Virus record (IMG/VR): IMGVR_UViG_3300016476_000647
Location: 1-32,921 of that record
From: a virus
Taxonomy: Duplodnaviria; Caudoviricetes
Strand: one strand, 5' to 3'
DNA length: 32,921 bases
The notes under the pieces were generated by a model. The model was not told the DNA's origin. It saw nothing but the letters and a program-made list of their open reading frames with translations, and searched no databases. The translations under genes were made by a program, and so were the position numbers. This document shows, piece after piece, positions 26,239 through 32,921 of the stretch (position 1 is the first letter of the stretch; the number at the start of each line of letters is the position of its first letter).

Positions 26239-26789
26239 CAGAAGGGAATTTCGTCATCGGTGATGGCTGGGGAAGTCTGGGCAGCAGGAACAGCCTCCGA
26301 CTTTGCAGGTCGGTCAACATGATTGCCGACATACCCTCCCTCAATAGCATCGAATCCGTTGACCTTTGCCGAAGGATCGGTCGAGTTCTTCTTGACGATC
26401 TGAACACCGTTGAGATAGAACGACATGGACTTGCTTGCACCCTTGGTCACAAGACACGGAGCAAGCTTGAGACGAACCACATCACCACCGAATGGAACCA
26501 CATCGGTGTAGTTTCCAGTGCTATCCTGACACGGGAATGCACCCTTGTCGACGTGGGTCTTGGACTTGAACTTGATGGTCTTGACACCATCCTTCTCGTA
26601 CATTCCATTCACCTTCTTTGCACCGTTCTCCTTGGCAATGGTTGACAGCACGGTCTCAAGCTCTGGCGTAAGCAGGACGGTGATGTTGTGATTTGCACTT
26701 CCATCACCGAACATTGTGTCGGGCTTGAGAAGGTTGGACCACTTGACATCCAGGGGATTGGTAATAATATTCTTGATACGATCAGCCAT
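26238..26789 (-). CDS. Single-stranded DNA-binding protein (T7 gp2.5-like)
   Basis: WSNLLKPD, IKFKSK, GGDVVRL, SFYLNGVQIV; acidic tail ending DDEIPF; upstream of resolvase. Confidence 0.85.
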   Translation of the reverse strand: MADRIKNIITNPLDVKWSNLLKPDTMFGDGSANHNITVLLTPELETVLSTIAKENGAKKVNGMYEKDGVKTIKFKSKTHVDKGAFPCQDSTGNYTDVVPFGGDVVRLKLAPCLVTKGASKSMSFYLNGVQIVKKNSTDPSAKVNGFDAIEGGYVGNHVDRPAKSEAVPAAQTSPAITDDEIPF

Positions 26790-26937
26790 TCTCGTTGTTC
26801 TCCTCGCTGTTGATCTTGTTGATGTTGTTGATCATGTCCTGCTGCATGGCCTCAAGGTACACCACGATGGTCTCGAGATACTTGACAACCTCGTCAGCCT
26901 TGAGGATCTTGATCTTCTCTTCGTTCACTTCTTCCAT
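26782..26937 (-). CDS. Hypothetical protein (51 aa), not in ORF track
   Basis: MEEVNEEKIKILKADEVVKYLETIVVYLEAMQQDMINNINKINSEENNENG; AAGGAAG RBS; fills the gap before SSB. Confidence 0.65.
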   Translation of the reverse strand: MEEVNEEKIKILKADEVVKYLETIVVYLEAMQQDMINNINKINSEENNENG

Positions 26938-27295
26938 AGTTTTCTTCCTTCATCAGTAGTTCAGACAGTTTATTGATTGTCTGTTCCATGGCTGTCTCCC
27001 ATTGGTCAGACGGTTGCTTGATGCTGTAGCCAGCTGCACTTTCAAGCGGAAACATGAACAGATGCAGCAGCTCGTGAACCAATGTATTTAGTACACCATA
27101 GTCCTCATACTTTGGATTCAACAACCTGATGGTTGATTCCATGTGGTTTGGATCGTAGGAGTTGAGGCCATACACCTTCTCCGTCTCCGTGTTCAACTCC
27201 TCTGGCTTGGCCCACACAACCGTTATCTTCCAGTTTTGCAGGCCAAGGATCTTCTGCCACTTCTTTGATTCCTTGCGTAGTTGAGTGAGGTTCAT
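26894..27295 (-). CDS. Putative zinc metallopeptidase-fold protein (HExxH)
   Basis: WQKILGLQNW..TLVHELLHL with a downstream Glu (MEQ); ATGA overlap. Confidence 0.7.
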   Translation of the reverse strand: MNLTQLRKESKKWQKILGLQNWKITVVWAKPEELNTETEKVYGLNSYDPNHMESTIRLLNPKYEDYGVLNTLVHELLHLFMFPLESAAGYSIKQPSDQWETAMEQTINKLSELLMKEENYGRSERREDQDPQG

Positions 27296-27468
27296 AGGTG
27301 ACATTCCACATGCTTGATGTCCACATGTGCCTCTCCATCTGGAAACTTATTCAACATGTCGCAAATGGTGATGATCAACTTTTCCTGAGAAACAATCTTA
27401 TGTTCCTCCACCACGTAGATGTATTGATCTTTTGCAGATCTACGCAATTGAATATCGTAGAGTTTCAT
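27292..27468 (-). CDS. Hypothetical protein (58 aa)
   Basis: ATGA overlaps at both ends. Confidence 0.6.
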   Translation of the reverse strand: MKLYDIQLRRSAKDQYIYVVEEHKIVSQEKLIITICDMLNKFPDGEAHVDIKHVECHL

Positions 27469-28124
27469 AGGTCCATCAACTCCAGGTAAGGATGACCATC
27501 GATCACCACGCCACACGACAGAACAGGCTTCTTCAGGTATGCCGAACCATACTGCATGGCAGGATGGAAGCGGTCGACACCTGAACCTACGTTCATTCCG
27601 AAGATGCGGGAGGTTGGACCTACGATCCAGTTGATACCAGCCACGCTGTGGTAATGACCCATGACTACCGACTGCAACCTCATCTTGGCAGCATTGATGG
27701 CGGGATACTGACCGCCTGCACCAGTACCATGGTAGTAGTAGACATCATCGATCTCTATCGATGGTACCCAGTTCCATTCCTTGGTCTTGTACACTTCCTT
27801 ATAATTTCGGATGTACATGGAAGGAATCCCAGCATCGGCAGCCAAGCGAAGAACACGTTCATCGTGGTTGCCAATCGTGACATGCGCCTTGGGAAATGCC
27901 CTGCGCCAATCCTCCAGTTTCCACATCGCTGAATCATATTCATCGACAGCAGCAGGATTCTCAGGATGCTTCTTGTGAAATGAAATGGAAGCATGATCGA
28001 TCACATCCCCGATGAACACGGTGGTGTCCGTCTTGTACTTCTTGCGCACATCCTTGACAAACTCAAGGTATTGCCCATGCACGGCAGGGAAATGCAGGTC
28101 ACCGACTACCAGTACTCTTGACAT
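27465..28124 (-). CDS. Calcineurin-like metallophosphoesterase
   Basis: GDLH, GDVID, GNHD, HG and GHYH motifs. Confidence 0.93.
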   Translation of the reverse strand: MSRVLVVGDLHFPAVHGQYLEFVKDVRKKYKTDTTVFIGDVIDHASISFHKKHPENPAAVDEYDSAMWKLEDWRRAFPKAHVTIGNHDERVLRLAADAGIPSMYIRNYKEVYKTKEWNWVPSIEIDDVYYYHGTGAGGQYPAINAAKMRLQSVVMGHYHSVAGINWIVGPTSRIFGMNVGSGVDRFHPAMQYGSAYLKKPVLSCGVVIDGHPYLELMDL

Positions 28125-28347
28125 TTTTCATTCTCCGCTTGTAGTCCTCTTTCCATTGATCCGCTAGAGATGGAAGAGGAGGTCCATCATCCTGTGGAAT
28201 AGGATCATACACGCTGGGTCCAGTGCCATCGTAGTGTGCCTGTTGATGCACATTCCATGAATCATACAGGTCTCCAGTACGATATGACTTTCCATTCAGT
28301 TCAATCTTCTTGCTCTTTTTGTTCGATGTAGATGTCGATTTTGACAT
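28099..28347 (-). CDS. Hypothetical protein (82 aa)
   Basis: AAGGT leader; fills gap, overlaps both neighbours. Confidence 0.55.
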   Translation of the reverse strand: MSKSTSTSNKKSKKIELNGKSYRTGDLYDSWNVHQQAHYDGTGPSVYDPIPQDDGPPLPSLADQWKEDYKRRMKNVKSTGSR

Positions 28348-28543
28348 GGCTTACCTTCTTTGCTTTCTTCTTTGCCAGATAGTCGCACAGATACGTCAGG
28401 AACTGGACATGCATCCAGTCGGATGTGACCATGAACCTGAAGTTTATCTCTGTCTTCTGCTTATCCTTCATTGCCTTGTACACGAGCTTCACACCATGCT
28501 CGATTGCGCCTTCACTATCAACCAGTATTACGGGCGAATTCAA
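28301..28543 (-). CDS. Hypothetical protein (80 aa)
   Basis: TTG start overlapping the RNAP stop (TTGA); plausible alpha/beta composition. Confidence 0.55.
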   Translation of the reverse strand: MNSPVILVDSEGAIEHGVKLVYKAMKDKQKTEINFRFMVTSDWMHVQFLTYLCDYLAKKKAKKVSHVKIDIYIEQKEQED

Positions 28544-31017
28544 TGGAAGAAGTACTCGCTTTCCAGCACGTTGTTTATATCCAAAGAACCAGTGCTAGGT
28601 ACTTCTGGTAGATCGCAATCAAGATACGACATAAGCTGTGTGCGAAGCACGTCCAGTTGGTTTACCTTGTGGATTCTTACGAATTCCTCCTGAGTCGCTG
28701 AACGCAGCACATCTACGAGAGGAGCATGCGTTCCATACGAGTCATGGATAAAGGAGAACGAATCGCAACCAGACTCGGCAAGTCTTAGTATGGTTGCGAA
28801 CATGTGGGATGCATCGAGACTGTGTATAAAGTTCGGGGAGATTCCATTTTGAGCCTCCCGTCCATTCACCTCATCACGAACAAACTCGTTGAACTGTACC
28901 TGAACCCTTGTGGTCAGGCACTGAAGATTAACGATGCCGTTCGTCTTGCCGTAGTATTGATGCCTTACCTTGAACCCAATCGGGGTTGTCCACTCGAGGT
29001 GCACTTCCTTCTCGGATGCAAGCTTTGCAATCTGCTTGAGCCACACCTTGCCTTGATTTGGAATCGTCAGCAGCGTGTTCATTGCGGTCTGAATATACTT
29101 GGTCAATTCCTTTGCGGCATTGATCCGCAAGGTCTTGTCGATCCAGTCGACATGACCATCGTTCAGAATGCCATCCGTAATACCACGGGTAGTTACACCG
29201 TATGGATCGGTCATGACTGCACGCTTAACCGTTGACCGCGATATGCTGCCTTCCCAGTGCTCGAGAAACATGGTAACCCATGGATCCTTGTTGTTCAACG
29301 GAAGCATTGCCTTGGTCACAGCCGAAGCAACGACACCATACGCATCGTTTGGTTCGTCTGACTGAACTAGGTTGACCATTCTTCCGATGATTGGATCCTT
29401 TGCAATAGCGGCCCAATGCTGGATACCATTGCATGATCCATCCATACCAACAGGAAGCTGTGTCATTCCATCATCCCTGAACAACTCGAATACAGCAGCC
29501 AATCTTTGGAATGACTGGTTCTTCTTCTTCTTGTCATCGGCCCACAGCTCTAGCGTATCGAACGGATTGTCGTTGATGGATTGCAGCATCTGCATGTTGT
29601 TGTCCACCCACTGTATCCGTTGCGTGAATGATCGCTTGTCCTGATCGAACAGGTTGGCGACATGGACCTTCAGCCAATGTCGTCCCCTTGTTGTCTGCTT
29701 CATAGGGTTGGCAAACATGATCAATGAACGATCCTGATCCCCAGATTGGGGAGATAGAAGATCGGTTGTCGTGTATGCCCTGCCCCTGAAGTCGCAGGTA
29801 TAGACATGGTAGAAGAACTTGTATGCGATCATGTCCTTTGCCAAGGATAGGCGAAGACACATGCGCATCCTCTCGTTCTCCTTCCTGTACCACTCGGACC
29901 ATAGTTCCGACTTCTCCTTCTTGACACGTTCGATCTCGATTGGATCATCGATATCCTGCTTATCCTGAATAAGTATCGGATCCATCTCATAGGGTGGAAG
30001 ATTAGCAACCCTGGTATTGTTCTTGAACAACACCTCCATCACCTCTAGAACCCTGGTGTTTACCGTCCACTCGGTTGACATTAGGGCATTCAAACCATCG
30101 ATCACAGACTGTGATGGTTCACTACCCTTGAACTCGGTTACATAATCCTCACCGTGGAAGTAGGTATATCCACGGTCGACCATTCCCTTGCGGAGATGCT
30201 CGGTATGTACACCGCCAGACAATTCGATGGTGTGCTTTCGTGGAGGCACTATCATCGGACGATACCTTATCTTAGCTCGTGTTAGGAAATCAGAGTGGGC
30301 CTCCGTCAATCCAGCTGTTACCTCTGGTGAGAAGGATACCGCTATTGGACTGGATGTTGGACCATCCCAGTACTTCCTCAGTTCAACGATGCCTGCCTTT
30401 TCAAGTATCGTTAGGAGGTTAAGCCCAAGATAATACCGTTCCTTGTTTGTCATCCTGACATGATCGTCTGACTTATGATACTTGATGAAGTCCTTGATCT
30501 GACGTTTTGTCCAACGTGACTTGACGATCCTGCTTGCAACAACCCATGCACCAGCATTCTCAGACCGACTGATCTGGTAGTTTACGGCAGTCTGAACTGC
30601 ATATGCAATGGACCTTGCGAGATCCTGTTGAAGGACGGGAGCAAAGGTGGGATTGTTTGGATCGTCGTTGCTCTTTCGTCGTTGTGTAAGGATTGAATCA
30701 GCACAGACAGTGATCAGTAGACCAGCTACACGACGGGGACCAAGCCTGTAGATCGGACTGATCCACGAAATGTTTCGCTTCTGAAGATCGCACAGGTAGT
30801 TCTCAACGGCATCGGAGATATGATCAACGACACGATAGATCATTGCCTGCTCAGGAGCGAATGAACTTGGAATGTTCTCGTAGTTATCCCAGTACTTCTG
30901 AAGAGATTCATTGAAGATGTCTTCTTCAAAGACAGAATTGAGTGTAAGTCTTGTTTGTCTGTCATCAAACGACAGTGAAAGCCATTGTTTTCCTGTACAG
31001 AAGTCGCTTATAGACAT
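28540..31017 (-). CDS. Single-subunit T7-like DNA-dependent RNA polymerase
   Basis: PMIVPP, DFRGRAY, DGSCNGIQH, RSTVKRAVMTDPYG, SPNFIHSLDASH, IHDSYGT; AAAGGAG RBS. Confidence 0.98.
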   Translation of the reverse strand: MSISDFCTGKQWLSLSFDDRQTRLTLNSVFEEDIFNESLQKYWDNYENIPSSFAPEQAMIYRVVDHISDAVENYLCDLQKRNISWISPIYRLGPRRVAGLLITVCADSILTQRRKSNDDPNNPTFAPVLQQDLARSIAYAVQTAVNYQISRSENAGAWVVASRIVKSRWTKRQIKDFIKYHKSDDHVRMTNKERYYLGLNLLTILEKAGIVELRKYWDGPTSSPIAVSFSPEVTAGLTEAHSDFLTRAKIRYRPMIVPPRKHTIELSGGVHTEHLRKGMVDRGYTYFHGEDYVTEFKGSEPSQSVIDGLNALMSTEWTVNTRVLEVMEVLFKNNTRVANLPPYEMDPILIQDKQDIDDPIEIERVKKEKSELWSEWYRKENERMRMCLRLSLAKDMIAYKFFYHVYTCDFRGRAYTTTDLLSPQSGDQDRSLIMFANPMKQTTRGRHWLKVHVANLFDQDKRSFTQRIQWVDNNMQMLQSINDNPFDTLELWADDKKKKNQSFQRLAAVFELFRDDGMTQLPVGMDGSCNGIQHWAAIAKDPIIGRMVNLVQSDEPNDAYGVVASAVTKAMLPLNNKDPWVTMFLEHWEGSISRSTVKRAVMTDPYGVTTRGITDGILNDGHVDWIDKTLRINAAKELTKYIQTAMNTLLTIPNQGKVWLKQIAKLASEKEVHLEWTTPIGFKVRHQYYGKTNGIVNLQCLTTRVQVQFNEFVRDEVNGREAQNGISPNFIHSLDASHMFATILRLAESGCDSFSFIHDSYGTHAPLVDVLRSATQEEFVRIHKVNQLDVLRTQLMSYLDCDLPEVPSTGSLDINNVLESEYFFH

Positions 31018-31056
31018 ATCGTTTCTCCTTTGGGCCTGCCAACGGGGCTTGCCTGT

Positions 31057-31087
31057 ATGCTACGATACGTCAGTCGTTGCCCGTCAA
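31057..31087 (-). promoter_or_regulatory. Regulatory site upstream of RNAP: copy 3 of CGACTGACGTATCG nested in a possible sigma70 promoter
   Basis: Core at 31063-31076; TTGACG (31082-31087) and TAGCAT (31057-31062) separated by 19 nt, longer than the optimal 17. Confidence 0.45.
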
Positions 31088-31374
31088 TCGGCCCCGCCGT
31101 GAGTATCGCTGAAGTTTTCGGACCTGCCGTTGCATTCAGACAGATCGTCTAGTTCCTGTTTCAGATCACGAGACAGTTCAATCAGAACTTCCCACATATG
31201 ATCATCGGGTAGATATCCCTCGATGTTAGATGCAAGCTTGTTCCAATCCACAATATGGATGTCTCGATCAATCAACATCTCGACATCCGACTTACTAAAG
31301 ATGATGCACACCTGCTTTTCATTGGGGTGGTCGATCATCCAATCAATTACCCATTGATTCACATTCTCACTCAT
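31084..31374 (-). CDS. Early hypothetical protein (96 aa, acidic)
   Basis: AAGGAGG RBS before ATG 31374/31377. Confidence 0.7.
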   Translation of the reverse strand: MSENVNQWVIDWMIDHPNEKQVCIIFSKSDVEMLIDRDIHIVDWNKLASNIEGYLPDDHMWEVLIELSRDLKQELDDLSECNGRSENFSDTHGGAD

Positions 31375-31537
31375 CATCCACCTCCTTCTCGTCAAAGCCA
31401 CACATCGGGTCATCGTTGGGATCATACTCGACGGGATCATACATTTCCTCGCCATACCAGTAGTCGGCACAGTTCAGCTCATCGATCCAGTCAGTATAGT
31501 CCTGACCATCCCAGTCATCACAGTTCTCATCGTACAT
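31367..31537 (-). CDS. Highly acidic 56-aa early microprotein, not in ORF track
   Basis: MYDENCDDWDGQDYTDWIDELNCADYWYGEEMYDPVEYDPNDDPMCGFDEKEVDDE; TGATG coupling, GGAG RBS, exactly fills the gap. Confidence 0.7.
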   Translation of the reverse strand: MYDENCDDWDGQDYTDWIDELNCADYWYGEEMYDPVEYDPNDDPMCGFDEKEVDDE

Positions 31538-31758
31538 CAGTATACTCCAAGGTTGTCATAATCCGTATGCACATGCACCACATAGGTGCCGCACTCGATC
31601 ATGTACAGGATGTTGGCGACACCCATCAGCTTGTCGTATGCTGACATGTTGTTGTTGGCGTAGGCATCCATCGCAAGACTGTATACAAGCTGTGCCTGTT
31701 CGAGAAGAACCTCCTCCTCGAAGACAGCCTCGCGCTTCAGTTCGGGCTTACTTTCCAT
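31537..31758 (-). CDS. Early hypothetical protein (73 aa)
   Basis: AAGGAGG RBS before ATG 31758. Confidence 0.7.
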   Translation of the reverse strand: MESKPELKREAVFEEEVLLEQAQLVYSLAMDAYANNNMSAYDKLMGVANILYMIECGTYVVHVHTDYDNLGVY

Positions 31759-32143
31759 TGTTGGATTCCTCCTTGATGGCGGCGATGATCGCACAAGCAA
31801 GACGCTTGTAGTCGATAGACTCGATCACCTTGTCGATGTTGTTGTCGATTGCATCCTGCACATCGCTGGAAAGATCACGGTCATTGATCGCAGACTCGAT
31901 CACATCCGACAGGTATCGGTGGTCGAGATGCTCGTTGACAATGTCACCTGCGTTGTCATCGCACCACACGCCGACACGATCACGGATATCGTAGGTGTCG
32001 ATGTGATCCTCGAGACTGAAGTCATTGCTGAAGTAGTCGGACACAGCCTCGCGGAGAGAGTACCGATCAACCTTGGTACCACTGTTCTTGACAGTATCCG
32101 TGATGAACTCCTGCATTGCCTTGACGATCTTATCACTTTCCAT
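31748..32143 (-). CDS. Early hypothetical Asp-rich helical protein (131 aa)
   Basis: AAGGAG RBS before ATG 32143. Confidence 0.75.
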   Translation of the reverse strand: MESDKIVKAMQEFITDTVKNSGTKVDRYSLREAVSDYFSNDFSLEDHIDTYDIRDRVGVWCDDNAGDIVNEHLDHRYLSDVIESAINDRDLSSDVQDAIDNNIDKVIESIDYKRLACAIIAAIKEESNNGK

Positions 32144-32381
32144 AGCAGCACTCCTTCTTGATAGAGACTCCGACCACCTTGGTCGAGAGATCATCGTACA
32201 CTTCACTGTCGGTCATGACTGCATCACCGATCTGATCGGGATGCCCATTGGGATAGAACATGAGGGAAGGATCCTCCTTCAGTGCCTCGATGTAGTCAGC
32301 GATGTTAGTCTCATCGCACACCTCGACAACCCACGTCTCACCCACAACCTGCGTCACATCAAGCGTAACAACCAGCTTCAT
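32133..32381 (-). CDS. Early hypothetical protein (82 aa, acidic)
   Basis: AAAGGAG RBS before ATG 32381. Confidence 0.7.
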   Translation of the reverse strand: MKLVVTLDVTQVVGETWVVEVCDETNIADYIEALKEDPSLMFYPNGHPDQIGDAVMTDSEVYDDLSTKVVGVSIKKECCYGK

Positions 32382-32527
32382 ACTGCAATCTCCTTTGACA
32401 TGGTATACGACCATGCATCCTCGATATTGCGAAACCCGTCGATGTCAATGCCATCGACACGAACCATCCACCATCCGCCATCGCTGTCATCCCACTCCAC
32501 CGTAACCCGAGACTGTCGATTATTCAT
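32378..32527 (-). CDS. Early hypothetical protein (49 aa), not in ORF track
   Basis: MNNRQSRVTVEWDDSDGGWWMVRVDGIDIDGFRNIEDAWSYTMSKEIAV; stop overlaps next start (ATGA); fills gap. Confidence 0.6.
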   Translation of the reverse strand: MNNRQSRVTVEWDDSDGGWWMVRVDGIDIDGFRNIEDAWSYTMSKEIAV

Positions 32528-32532
32528 ACTAT

Positions 32533-32907
32533 TCACAATTGATCCTCCACTAGGTCTGCGATCTGCTTGAAGGTGTAATCCTCCTCGTCATTCAGGTAGG
32601 ATACCATGAATGTCAGACCACCTTCGATAACAAGAGTCGGGTCATCGGTAGCCAGTCCCGCCCACTTGGATACCTCGTATGGCAGGGCATACTTGCTGCC
32701 ACCGTAGGAGTACATGATGTTCTGATCACCATACTGGAACTCGGCTGACTCATGGGTGGTGATACCTGCCTCGTGGGCAATGTCACACAACACACCAAGG
32801 CAGCAGAAGGTTCCATTCTCTGCATTGTTCAGACATCCCTTGCCCTGCTGATACCCACCATTACGGAGGGCATCGACCCACAGTTTCTTCACCTCTGGAT
32901 TCATCAC
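32533..32907 (-). CDS. Conserved-type phage hypothetical protein (124 aa)
   Basis: WVDALRNGGYQQGKGCL..FCCLGVLCD..LND..FKQIAD pattern that I recognise from phage hypotheticals; GAGGAG RBS. Confidence 0.8.
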   Translation of the reverse strand: MMNPEVKKLWVDALRNGGYQQGKGCLNNAENGTFCCLGVLCDIAHEAGITTHESAEFQYGDQNIMYSYGGSKYALPYEVSKWAGLATDDPTLVIEGGLTFMVSYLNDEEDYTFKQIADLVEDQL

Positions 32908-32921
32908 AGGTTCTCCTCGAT

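Noticed and set aside
28390-28400. Partial motif CTGACGTATC; shorter partials near 9128, 10711 and 21799
   Set aside because: Each lacks either the CGA head or the GTAT tail of the motif; short enough to be chance.
13536-31017. Introns, inteins or stop-codon recoding in RNR, polymerases or helicase
   Set aside because: All are uninterrupted, normal-length ORFs in the standard code, and no suppressor tRNA is present.
97-32570. Numerous plus-strand ORFs (e.g. 6069-6818, 2323-2925, 21978-22538)
   Set aside because: All are antisense shadows of well-supported minus-strand genes, with no recognisable motifs.

Overview
A 32.9 kb internal segment of a divergent T7-like podovirus (Autographiviridae-type). 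Every credible gene is on the minus strand, so the genome reads right to left. Order: small acidic early ORFs; single-subunit RNA polymerase; metallophosphoesterase, HExxH protein, SSB, RusA; a four-tRNA cluster (Ile-UAU with a long variable arm, Leu-CAA with a short arm, Lys-UUU, Arg-UCU); ThyX, a deaminase, primase-helicase; a signal-peptide protein with two cohesin-like domains; family A DNA polymerase, papain-like protein, dNMP kinase, 5'-3' exonuclease, dUTPase, class II RNR; portal, an inserted 207-aa gene, scaffold, major capsid, terminator, tail tubes A/B, fibre genes and lysis-like membrane genes. The left edge truncates a fibre gene. No terminase, internal virion proteins, integrase or endolysin were recognised. 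Best leads: the secreted tandem-cohesin-like protein, the atypical tRNAs, a three-copy candidate phage promoter (CGACTGACGTAT), an unlisted 41% acidic microprotein, and an open -1 frame linking capsid to tail tube A. Product calls come from motif recognition by eye, not database searches.
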